Assembly (NCBI GenBank): GCA_020536535.1
Contig: JAHLWZ010000530.1
Location: forward strand, 124,001 to 188,000
Direction of reading: 5' to 3'
Source of the DNA: Pelomyxa schiedti
Taxonomy: Eukaryota > Protista > Evosea
Length of the DNA stretch: 64,000 bases
Shown: positions 11,812-23,313 of the stretch, in pieces
Position numbering within the stretch: position 1 is the first letter of the stretch
Layout of the letters: each line of letters begins with the position of its first letter
Notes under the pieces: model-generated
What the model was told of the DNA's origin: nothing
The model's input: only the letters and a program-made list of their open reading frames with translations
The model's database searches: none
Made by a program: the position numbers and the translations under genes

Positions 11812-13282
11812 TGATTGTTGTGTAGAATGTGATACATGTTTTTTTTTTTCTTGTTACTCATTGCCTTGGGTGAGTTGGGTATCTGATGTTGGGAAGTCAA
11901 GGCCCCAGTAGTCAGGGGGTGTACTTGGGGCTTCGAATTGGCTCCTGTGTCGAGAGCACTCTTGGAGGATTTCTCTCGCTTCCTGCTTGGTTCTTTCACG
12001 GGTGTTTGGGGAGTCGTCATCACCTAAAGTTGAAACCTTTAGGACTGGTTGTGCTGTGTTGGGTTTATACCTGCAAGAAAGTCAGGCAGAGCCTGCTGAA
12101 AGGAAGCGCATTCTGTGCAGGTCTGTTTCATACAGCAGTTAGTTTCCTTATCAGTGGAAAATTTATTGATACATGGCCTGTAAGTTTTTCCCTAGCACTC
12201 TTTTTTCTTACAACCTCAACAAAAGGTTTGACTGTCTTTGTAGGCGGAAGTTTTGTTATATCTCGAGCTGACGCTGCGGATTGAGGTACATTTCTGGCTC
12301 CTCCTGTTGGAGGCAGAACAATTTTTTGGGAAAGAAGTGGATCACCTCTGACAATCGGGTCCAGATGTGGGGGCTCAGTTAACTAAAAGCCCGGAATTAA
12401 AAATTGTGAAAGGTTGCACGTAGGTACATTCAGGAGAGGGCTATCAGTGCCTACACAGAGAGGTAAAGCCGGAGGCAGCCCGGCTGCATCCACATTTCTA
12501 GTATTACTTAGTGTATTGTTTGAATGTAAGGACGAAACTGTAAAGTGAGGGCAGTAGGTCCGGCATTGCTAGAGGCCTTTTTACGGGCGTTCTCTGCACT
12601 AGCAAATGTTGTGAATGATAGTTTTCGAGGTGACAGACAAAGTCGCACTTGTGGTGGTAAGGGCGTTGGTTGTTTTACTTCTGCTTGCTGAGGTTTATAT
12701 TTCTTTGGCGTAGGAGGCAAGCAATCAACTTTGAGAAAAGTATCAGATAATCAAGAGAGTGAAGCCCAACCAAAGTTTGGGATTAGGTACTTGCGTCATC
12801 CACATGGATTTTCGTTCTCTTTGCAGTGTCAGTATGAGTCGAAGCAGCATTTTGCGGTGGATTCCTGCTAGATTTCGTTTGGCATTTCGTCTGCTGGGCA
12901 GTGTCTGATTCCAATTTTCGGGACAGCAGAATGGCGCATCTCTTGAGTTTGTGTTGCAACGTTTGCACTTCGGCCTTAAGTTCCTCGTTGTGGTGCTCCA
13001 GTTCCTCGCACTTTTTTTTGTACGCGTCTATTTTCTCGGCCCAGCGAGTTCTGGACTTGTTGTGCCTCTCAGACAACGTCGTCACTCGTTTCGCCAACTC
13101 ACTAACTTCTTGGTTGTGTGCCGCCTCTAACTTACACCAGTTTGAACGTTGGAGAAAAAAAAAAAGAAAAGACACACCTGTAGCAGCAGAGAACTAAAAC
13201 TACTTGTTGTCGTGGGGCCAACGGCTGTGGTCGCCCCGTTGTCGTCGTGGCACTGGTCGTTGTCCCCGCAATCATCTTTCAT
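11812..13282 (-). CDS. Hypothetical coiled-coil/low-complexity protein, multi-exon
   Basis: Coiled-coil ORF 12783-13175 (KKKCEELEHHNEELKAEVQTLQHKLK) followed by Pro/Lys/Ser-rich ORFs 12508-12720 and 11793-12023; boundaries uncertain. Confidence 0.45.
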
Positions 13283-13829
13283 GGAAAATTATTTACCTGG
13301 TGGTAACTGGCCGCGATTTGATCTACCCCTGTAGTGGACAGGCAATACTCTCCTGTGCAACAACAGAACCACGAAAGAAGGAGGAAAACTAAAACACTAC
13401 GGCACTGTGTTGCTCCGTTTGGACGGAAAAAGATCTTTTCAAGGGGCACCAACTTGCCTCAATTGTTTGTCCCAGGAGGAGGAGGCGGCGGCGGAGGAGT
13501 ACGCGAGGAAGCGCCCTTCCGAGCACAGCACGGGTTCACAGGATACGAAGACCGTGGTAGCGGTGGGGGAGGGGCGCCGCTGACGTCACAAGCCAGGAAG
13601 GCGGCGTTCATGGGAGGTGGCGGAGGCGGTGGGGCCGGGGGTGCCGAGGATTGCTCTGCTTCGTTTGACGACATCGTATCGTGTCGAGAGGATGCAGGGG
13701 TTCGATCTATTATTTTTTTTTGTCAGAGAAAAAAAGTGGAAGTGGTGGAAAAGTTGCATCAGACAACTCAAATTACAAAAAAGAAAACATAAACATATTG
13801 CAACGATCGGCATTTGTTTGCGTGACTAC

Positions 13830-14347
13830 ATGAAGGTGTTCATCGAGTACTGGTGTGTATTTGGTGTTTATTGTAGCGTCTTTACGCTGTCGTTTTTCCT
13901 CTGTCATTTGACCTCACCTTTTGCTACAGCCAAGTCTGAAACTTTCATGTTTGTACCACTTTTCCTTCATTTTCTTTGATTTCATTTTGTTACAAAACCT
14001 AAATCCCCTATCAGCCCGCCTTCCTCAGGGTAAAGGAAGAGGTAAAACACGGTCTTCATGCACAAAAACCATTTTAACTTTACACTATATAGCTCGAAAA
14101 GAGCTTCCCTGGGGTAGTGGTTATTGGAAACAAGACCGCTCCACGCACTGGGGCGTTCGAGGTTACTGATGAGAGGGGCACATTGTACTGGTCCGCATTT
14201 GATGGAGATTCTCACAACCCTAAGGTATTCCTTTCCCAGTTGCCTCTGTTTATGTTTTCCATTTACAAAAACCAAAACACCTTATCTCGAACCAAATAGA
14301 CTGGCGCTGTTTCCGCCCGCATGCGCGAGCGCGGATTCTCCTCCTAA
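13830..14347 (+). CDS. SelW/SelH-like (Rdx family) selenoprotein, 5 exons, in-frame TGA read as Sec
   Basis: Exons 13830-13852, 13930-13948, 14015-14041, 14093-14224 and 14300-14347, all with GT-AG introns, splice to MKVFIEYCQVUNFHPAFLRVKEELEKSFPGVVVIGNKTAPRTGAFEVTDERGTLYWSAFDGDSHNPKTGAVSARMRERGFSS*. CxxU (TGA 13937-13939) and the Rdx tGxFEV motif are present; SECIS downstream. Confidence 0.9.
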
Positions 14348-14480
14348 AGTGCCCTCTCTTTGTGCCCCCCTGCGTGGACTGTGCATGCTGTCATCATCAA
14401 GGTGCTGAGGCAGGTTGATTGGCCCTGTGGCTCGTTGTGCAGAGTGGAGTAGCCCGCTTCCCGTAGTCCTGTTTTGCACA

Positions 14481-14545
14481 GTGCATAGGTGATACTGATG
14501 TGCCTCAAGCGTAACAACGTCGGCACATTCCGTTGATGTTTGCAC
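14481..14545 (+). promoter_or_regulatory. SECIS element (form 2) in the 3' UTR
   Basis: Helix I gtgca/tgcac; core GTGAT(14489)...TGAT(14534); helix II actgatgtgcc/ggcacattccgt; unpaired AA; apical minihelix gcgt/acgt. Confidence 0.85.
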
Positions 14546-14851
14546 CACAACCGGGACTTGAGCGGCTCGCCCCTCTGCGTTCTGCACCACAACACAATCC
14601 CAATTACACCTCCACAACAGCACCACAAACACAGCCCCCGCGTAGACTTCAACAAAGAATTCTATCACATGATGCACATTGGTCCAAAAAAAGCAACAAT
14701 CACGGGGCCAAAAAAAAAAAAGTGAATGTGTGACGCTCCAGGCGACACCTCGAGCGCGATCGGCGCCGAAACAGCCGAACAGACCCACGGTGCGTAAACA
14801 AAAGAAAAAAAAGAGAAAAACACCATGTTGCCCTCTTTCGACGTCACCACC

Positions 14852-14920
14852 TAACAACAAACAACAAACAACAAACAACAAACAACAAACAACAAACAAC
14901 AAACAACAAACAACAAACAA
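14852..14920. repeat. A/C-rich simple repeat (aacaaacaac units)
   Basis: Direct reading. Confidence 0.85.
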
Positions 14921-15051
14921 AAAAAGGCACGCACACGCCGACGCGAGACTTCTCCCTCGCCATAGCGGAGGAGTGCGAGTACGAAACAACCACGACCGCG
15001 ATAATACCACCGCACCAACACGAGAGCCAGCAACGCCGCCGTAACTCCGAC

Positions 15052-15264
15052 GTGTTCGTCGATGTGACTGGGACTGGGACTGCCAGCAGTGTACTGCAGC
15101 AACTCGGACTGCAAAATCAAGTTGTGGGAGAGTGCGAGGAAGACACCAGCGAGGTGGAGCTTGTGAGTGAGGTGGATGGGGACTACGAGCCAACGGGGAG
15201 CACGCCGCCCGCGGCGGTACCGGCTCAGCAATTGCAATTTGCCACGGAGCCACGTGAAATCAAC

Positions 15265-15307
<43 letters not shown>

Positions 15308-17595
15308 CCACAACACCAGAGGGGGCCTGCGGGACATATACTGTTGCCAATGTCAATTCTAATGCCGTGGACGATGCTGAAGGGGAGGGAGAGGCCAGGG
15401 GCTATGGCCTTGATGTTACCAATTCAAGCGTGGAAAGTGCTGCGGAATTGCAGGGTGGGAACACAGAGGGGATGAGTGGTGGTGGTAGTGGTGTGGCGGG
15501 GACAGAAAATGGAAGTGCGATTGCAGGAGTTTGTGGGGGAAGGGGCGGGAGAGAGGGAGGGAATGATATCGACGAGAGGGACATTGACGAGGTGGAGGGG
15601 TTTGATGAGCTGTCGTCGGGAGTGTCTAATAATGGAGAGGGAGGTGGTGTGGGGACTGATGAGAACGTCTGCTCGCCTTATTTAGCACAGTCGAGGGAGG
15701 GTGAGCAACAACACGAGCAAGCCGACCAAGGTGGTGGCACTACTGAGAACCTTCAAAATTCCACTGTTGCAGGGAGCCCCTATCTGCTTAGGAACAGGAA
15801 CCGTTTTGCCTTACTGAAATCTCTCCCGTATTCAGTTTGCTACATTCCACCATATTTGTTTACTTAACTCTGAACACCCCCAAAACAGTTGGACTCCCTT
15901 GAGTGGGATGAGAATCACATGTTCAACACCGATGATGTTTACTGCTACTGTGGTGGCGGGAAAACGGCTGACATGCTTCTATGCGATAACTGTTGTGCTA
16001 GATTTCATCAAAGTAGGCATTGTGTTATCTGAAGGAAGCCAATTCTCGCAATAGGTTGTGTGCCCATTCTTGAAGGAAAGCAAAGGCAACTAACTGGAGA
16101 TTGTGGATATCGCTTTATATGTCTTTTTTGTGGCGCTGGAAAAGAGTCTTTCACCCGTATCCAAAAAACTTGGTAGTGTATGTCACAATTTACAATGTAC
16201 ACTAAACTTTTAACCCTCCTGACAGGGCGCACATACTTGAAATTACCCTCTTCAATCTCTCGGAGAGCCGCTCGAGTTCAACACCCGGGCGACGGAAGTT
16301 ACAGTTTACTATGAAAGGTGAAATTCTCCCTTGGATTCAGAATCACTGGAATACCTCTCTATGCCACGGGAAATCAGGTATAACATATTCACAGCACAAA
16401 AACTGCTTATCATATCCTAGCAGAAAACTGGGAACAAGAAGTCCGTGAAGCTGCCAAAGATCGAAAGAAGTTCAAAATTCACTGTGGTTTGTTGTTCTCT
16501 TGTGCTATTAACACTGAAGAGACAACTACCTTTTAGCCAAAGTCGCTCGTACAAAGGATACCAATCCTTGGTTACTGTATGACACTCCAAATAAACAATT
16601 CCCTGAGGAAATGTATGCCCTATTTCCTTCACACATCATTCTCATTCTTAGAAACTACCAGCGAAGAGTCAAACACAATCAGTAAAAAACACCAAAAAAA
16701 AAAACCTGCACAAGGAAAAAACCATCGCAAAAGGCGCTGTGGCTCGTGTGAGGTTTTCCCATTTCTTCAACAAAACACTCTTCTCACTCAACAAAAAAGG
16801 CTTGCACAAGGGAAGATTGTGGAAAATGTGTAAATTGTCTTGATAAAGGGAAATTTGGAGGTCCAGACCACAAGAGACAGTCTTGCGTTCTGAGAAAATG
16901 TGTGAACATGCAGTACACTACAGAAGGTAATTTAGCTGTAATTCTGTTGCACTTATAATGAAAAAATGCAAAAAGTTAGAAGAGCAAGTAAGGCACACTA
17001 TAAACCCAAAAGAAGGAAAATAGCACCTAAGAAGAGAACTCACGATGACCCGGAATTGTCCTCGTCATCTTTCTCAGCTGAGTCGTCGTCTTCCTATTCA
17101 GACGCAGACTATCCAATCTACCATTCGTCATCCTTAGACGATGATGCACCATCACCACTTACCCCATCATCCGCATCAGGGGGAGAGGAACCATCACGTC
17201 CCCCTAGCGGTTCACACGACATCCCCGGCACACCCCCAACACCACCCAGTGACACTCCACAGCAACAAGAAATCCAAAAATCATCTAATGCAAAAAATAC
17301 AAGAAACCGCAGAAGTTCAAGAATCACACCCAAATCCTCATCCAGGGCTACTTCAGTATACACTACCTCAACAACCGCAACCACAACACAAGCATCAACC
17401 GGAACTAAACAAAGACACAAAACTGCACACACCGCACCAAAACAAACAACAACAAGCGTTGATGGGCCCAATGGCTCCAACACATCCACTCACAACAAAC
17501 CTGTGCCATTAGGCCTTGTTGAGCGAGTCTCAGGCCCCAGCCTCCGCACACCCTTCTTCTTCCAACTGAGACGACTTCTCCACACTGCACTGTAG
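15052..17595 (+). CDS. Chromatin protein: atypical PHD + winged helix (PCL/ASH2L-like) and CXXC zinc finger, multi-exon
   Basis: VYCYCGGGKTADMLLCDNCCARFH...GDCGYRFICLFCGAGKESFTRIQKTW...ITLFNL...EILPWIQNHWNTL (15940-16370). Spliced CXXC CGSCE|ACTREDCGKCVNCLDKGKFGGPDHKRQSCVLRKC (16738-16900). Low-complexity flanks; start uncertain. Confidence 0.7.
15265..15313. repeat. (ACA)n microsatellite encoding poly-Thr
   Basis: Direct reading. Confidence 0.9.
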
Positions 17596-17758
17596 AGAGG
17601 CCCTTGAAAGGCCCTAAGTGTGCATATCACCCAATAAAATAGCAGTAGCACCACCTTGATGTCAATACAAACCAAAATGGTGCCCGAAATTTTTTTTTTT
17701 TTGGAGTTGCTCAAGGCTCAAGTTTTCAAACCACAACCCAAAAAAAAAATACCTCAAC

Positions 17759-18818
17759 ATGACGCGGCACCGTGGTAGCCTTGTACTGGTGCGAAATGCA
17801 GAAAGCCACGGGTTCTCGCGAGCATGTGGGGGTGCCAAGGCGATGAATATGAATGCAACGAGGCAGGAGAAGCAGTGCGGGTCAAAGGGGGGTCTGTTTC
17901 GTGGTGAGGGAGTGGCCCGGCGGTCATTGGACGAGTGTGGGCTGTCACTGGATTCGGTGCTGGAGCAGCTTGGGAAGGCTTGTTCTGTGGAGGGTCGCAA
18001 TGCTGTTGGGGAGGCCCTCGGGGGATGCAATCGCGATTGCAGTGGTGGTGGGGGAGTGCATGGGGGGAAAGAAAAGGAGTGCGTGGGTCCTTTGCCTCCT
18101 TCTGTGGGTGACAGTATCTCCTCGCTGTATGTACTATTTGTTGGGGATATGTCCAGTTGATTGTGATTTGTTTGCGCTTAACTGGTGAAGGAGTGCAACG
18201 AAGGAGGGCATGAGAGCGAAAAAGCTGGCTGTCAAGACTCTGAAGAAATTATTCCCAGAAACGGCCGCTTATGAAGAGGGAGTCACACGCGGAAATGAAA
18301 ATGCTCAGAACATCCAGCCGGAATCTTGTCTGAGTTTCTTGTGTGAGCCGCAGTCCACTGCCACCAATCCCGTTTTAGAAGCATCAACTTTGATGGAGAA
18401 TTCCAGCACCCCAGAGAAAGTTGCCGAGGGAGTATTTGTAGAGGAGGCTGAAAAGAGGAGGGTTTATCCGGACGATGCACTGATCCAGGAGCTTCAGAGG
18501 CAAGTGGAAGAGATCAAACTCATTGTCCAACAGAATATAGCCATCGCTACTGCCAATAGAGAACATGTAATAACACTCATAATAATATATGGATTTATAC
18601 TTACTTTACTGTAGGCTGAAGTGCTCAAGAAGAAGAGTGAAGGGCTCAAATTTCACTCCAGCCTTTTCAAAAAGAAAGGTGAGCAACTGAAAAACCACTT
18701 CTGGAGGCAGAATGCAACTCTGATAATCATCATCGCCCTCATTGTAGTTGCTGTAGCCATTGTCCTTGCCATGATATTAGGGGCAATGACAGCCATGATC
18801 GTAGTGTCTTTGCTGTGA
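17759..18818 (+). CDS. VAMP/synaptobrevin-like SNARE with N-terminal extension and C-terminal TM helix
   Basis: IQELQRQVEEIKLIVQQNIAIATANREH|AEVLKKKSEGLKFHSSLFKKKGEQLKNHFWRQN followed by a hydrophobic tail; follows the synaptobrevin pattern. Confidence 0.7.
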
Positions 18819-19112
18819 ATTCCTATCTTCTAGAATTCTTATTCCTTCATTTCTAGTGGCGTTGATGCCCTAGTTCGCTCACTTCGTTTTTCTTTGAAGG
18901 AGAACAAAAAGTATTGTCTGGCCAGAGGAAAACTGGTATTGTGCTGCGTGTGGCTAACAAATGAGCGTATTGGAATTGTGGGGTACGAAACCAACAGCGA
19001 CGACGTCCCGCAGTTCGCCGTCGCCACTCACAACTGATTCGAATTGTTCCCAATTTCGTGGAAGGCAATTATGCAGAAAACCGAACCAACAACAACTAAA
19101 AAAAACCGAAGT

Positions 19113-22100
19113 ATGTCGTTGTCGGTTCCTCCCGCAACTGCAACAACAACAACGCCCCCGCCCCCGCCCCCACCGCCCCCGCCTCCCCTGCACGGCGCGG
19201 CACTGCTCGTGGTCGATGGCAGCGGCCCCCCGCCGCCTCCCCCTCTGCCGCCTCCTCCGCCTGGCCCTGGCCGCGGCACGGGCGCACGGGGGGGTGCTGC
19301 GGCTCTTGCCCCTGCTATTCTTGGTGTTGGGGGCGGGGCTGCCCCGCCTCCCCCTCCTCCCCCTGGGACAAAGTCGGCTAAAAAGTCGTGGAGGCAAGAA
19401 GCCCCTGCTGCCATAGGCAAACAAGGTTTGGTTTTTCCCTTCTCATTTTTTGGGTGGGTGTATTTATTATTGCCTAGGAGAAAGAATTTGTAGTATTTTT
19501 TTTTTATTTATTGAGTATTGTTAGAATTTCATTTCAAAAGATGCAAATTGCCCGAAGTTGTAAACTGGCGAGCTGCTACAGACTTCACGCGGTCATCAAG
19601 TGGGAGTGCTGGAGTGTTTTTTGTAAACACTCCTGATGGAACTGTTGTGCTAAAAGGGTGCACTGATGAGGTACTGGTTCTGGAGTTTACTTGGTGTCCC
19701 TCACCCATATAAAATGTGAACAGCCCCAGCAAATATTTGCTGCACTGCTGGCAAAGGAAATTGGCGTGAAAGTACCTGGACTTCGTCTTATTGACTATAG
19801 CAGTCCTGACAATGCAGGCAACACCTCATTTCTCTCCTCCTATATTTATCTATTTAAAAGAATGGGGACTGGTGAAGAATATAATCATCCCACTGGCAGA
19901 AAAGATGCACGGTGTTGTTGAGAAATTAAAGGTACCACGTGTGCGATATTCAATCACTAATCAATTCCAGGTGGAGAAAGAACTCAATCGTGCCTATTTC
20001 ATTGTGATGGAATTAGCTCCAGGTAGTTCGCTTGACTCTCTCAGTGCCGAAAAAGCGAATTCTGCATTTTCCCCATTTAGAACTTTGCAGGTTTTATTTG
20101 ACTTGACTGTCATTTCCCTCAATTACAAAAGATATCCTCACCAGAGATGCAACATTCTGTAATGCAATCAAATACCCATCTTCGTGAAATTGGAAGGCTG
20201 CTTCTCTTTGATATTCTGTGTAACAACTGGGACAGAATACCTCTCGTTTGGGAAAATGAGGGAAATGTAGGAAATATATTTTTTGACCCAGATGAAGGAA
20301 TATACGGGATAGACAACTCTGTGACAGCCATCCCCCCTGGCCCAAAGGTGAATATGTTGACTCACCTCTCTGACTTGACTCCATACAGAGAACTCGATAC
20401 TATGAGAAGATTCAGCATATCCTTGAGTCAATTGTTCAACAGCCGCAAAAACCATGTAGGGAAATGCAGAGTGTTTATGAGTTTCTGAAGGCATTCTCAT
20501 TTGTCACTCTGACCGAGGAATGTTGTGTTCAGGTGCAACTGGGAATGCTTGAGTGCCTCTCCTCAGTTTGTGAGGCATGGCAAAGAACTGCACAACTATT
20601 ACTGAGAGATATCAAAAATAAGGTAATAAACAAAACAGATGAGGAAGTTTAAAAAGTGGGACATTAGGTACAAAAAATGATCCATTACGACTGGGAACGT
20701 GTGTGGGCAACCGAATTGAAATTGATTGACTTGGAGTTTATGACAAAGATTGTAGAGATTTTCTCGGAATACCGTGACAAAGCTATTTCCATCCTGCATG
20801 AGGTTCGAACCTTTCTTGAAGCAATTGATAGTTACTTAAATCTCTGCAGTGGCCAGTCCACCGTCACTTTGTCGCCGAAAAACCACACACAACTAATTTG
20901 GAGCAAGCTAAGATTTTGGTCTTCCAACAACGCTTCGAGGGAGAAAAAACGATACGAGACCTTGATGCCATTTTATCCGGGCCAGAAAAGTGAGTGTTTT
21001 ATGCCAAGGTTTTTCAGTGATTGTATTCAGTTCAGGGAAAAAGACAGATATCATTGTATCTCCTGAAGTATGGCTCTCTTATTCAGGCCCCGCTACCCTT
21101 GAAAATCCCGATCTTGCTTTATTTTCCCCTCTTGCTGCCAAGTACGTTTGGGAGTGATTATGGGCAATGAGCGTTGTTTGGCACTTAGGCTTTATTAGGC
21201 ATCAAGTTTTCATAGTGCTAAGTTTCGAAGAAAGAGCTGGTTCGCACCGACACATCTCGGCTGTGCTTCTTGGCCCTAGTGGCACAATTGTCGGATGTTA
21301 CAGAAAGCAACGCCCTTTGAATAGTTGTCACACTCCGGGAAATTCTCCTGGCGTAACTATTTCCTTCCCTCTACTTCCAATGACTTTAAATGAAGGTGTT
21401 TGATACGCCATATGGTAAAATTGCCCTGCTCATTTGCTTTGATATTGAAAATGAGGATGTTCTCCAAGCCACCCTTGCATTAAATCCCTTTTTAATTTTG
21501 AACCCCGTTTTCATTCCAAGTGGAATGGATTCTGATTGGCAATCACCTGTTGCGCGAACAAAATGGGCTGGTATCCACACTCCCTCTCTCATCGATGTAC
21601 TTATGGTTTAGTGGCACGTGACTCGATGAGAAGAAAGTTTGAAGCCCTCATGGGGGAGAAGATGATTACTCTTGTCAGATGTGATATGGCTTTCTTCCTT
21701 GGTGCCCATCAATGTTATTTCCTTGTTAATCTGAAACAAATGAAGGAGGAAATGGCTCAAGCCAGTCAATTGGCCCATACAATACAGTTATGGCTCCTAC
21801 AATTCAGGACTGTCACTTTTACACCTTCGCGGATATTCCTCCCCACAACTTTTGGGTAGGCCCTGTTCCTGAGCGATGTCGCACTGCAAAGGTGACCAAG
21901 TATTCTTCTTACCTTTATCACAGTCCAATCTCTAGGAAGACAATACAGGGAATCGTTACCTTGTTAAACTACTACCAGTGCCCAAGGAAACAAGTCTCAT
22001 TTCAGCAAGTGGGAAATTGATTGCCACAGCCGCGCTCACAGGCTCCAGAGTAAGGTGAGGTTTCAACTTCCTTCACATCCGTAATATTCTTCAAAGAATT

Positions 22101-23257
22101 TCAAGTACATTTACGTGCGCGGAGCTTTGTAGCGTGCTTCCTCCAGATGGCTCTACCACGTCAAACGTCACTTTAGTTCACTTGATAAACAGCACACCAA
22201 ATCCACCCACTTTTACGCTCATCAGCTTTTGGGGGTGCCTGATTACCATATCACAGATTAAACCTTCCCCCAACAGTGCCACTGCTGTTGTAGAGACAAT
22301 AGCTTCCACCAAGACACCGACAGCGGCAACATGTTGTGTAAGTAAAAACTTCTAGTTTGTATATTCGCTCAAAACTACTGCAGATCCGAATGCTATCAAA
22401 CCTTGTCATAGGTATGTTCTTTTTTGGGAGCTCGAGATGACACACTAATGAACAAAGGAACCCAATCTGGTTCAGTTTTAGTACTTGACTTGCAAACCCA
22501 TTGTATTGTGGGAAGTGCACTCCCTCTCCACGGATCCCCCCTCGTTGAACTGCTTGACATAGTATACTGCCAACTGAGATTTTGAAGTGACTCAACCTTG
22601 TAGGGAGGTAATAACCTCGTTGCTGTGTTTGAAGATGGCAGCATGGCAGTAGTGATCCTGCACACAGATGCAAGACTCGAGGTTTGTAGTCACTTTTGCT
22701 GTGTCAGTATGGCTTACTCCAGGTTAGGGCAAGTTCTTTACAAGAAATGCCACAACCTCCCGAGGTCTAACGCACGCCACATGGTCTCCCCTGTGTTGTT
22801 GTATTATTGCTGGATTTAGCAACGGAAGCATTGAAGTAATTTCAGTGACTTCGGGGGACAACTTCCAGTTTGGAACTGGAACAGTTCTAACAGCACCAGC
22901 AACCAGTTCCGCACCTATTACCGGAATAATGGCGGTATATATTATATTCCCTTTGCTCCTATTCATTTTAATTTCTTATTTCGGTTTTAGGTTATTGATA
23001 GCCCATTTATTGTTGTGTCACAACAATCACCCACCAACAACCTGTACATACGGAACCTCAGACCGGCCAACCCCTCTGTTCCGGTAATTCACCATCAATT
23101 CCATGGCCACACTACATCTATTCTGGGCATGTCTTGTGCGGAAGGAATGAACATTGTAACGATAGATGAAAGTGGTCTGGTTGAAGTACGTGAGTTCATA
23201 CAGAATGCCGTGCCTCTTCCACTACACAAAATGGTAGTGCCATCACAATTCCATTAG
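19113..23257 (+). CDS. Poly-Pro + actin-fragmin kinase domain + carbon-nitrogen hydrolase domain + beta-rich (propeller-like) C-terminus
   Basis: AFK motifs SSGSAGVFFV..VVLKG and IGRLLLFDILCNNWDRIPLVWENEGNVGNIFF..GIDN. CN-hydrolase triad DIIVSPE / CYRKQRP / KIALLICFDIE. Many short exons. Confidence 0.75.
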
Positions 23258-23313
23258 AAAAGCACAACATCTAGTAAATAGGAAAAAAAGGTGTTTCCTT
23301 TTTTTTTTTTTGT

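Noticed and set aside
13937-13939. In-frame TGA as a pseudogene stop or sign of a variant genetic code
   Set aside because: It sits at the CxxU position with a SECIS downstream, and TGA ends other genes here (e.g. 18818, 31683, 38368, 49405).
14282-15253. 323-aa minus-strand ORF
   Set aside because: Runs through simple repeats and lies antisense to the selenoprotein 3' UTR and the next gene; no recognisable domain.
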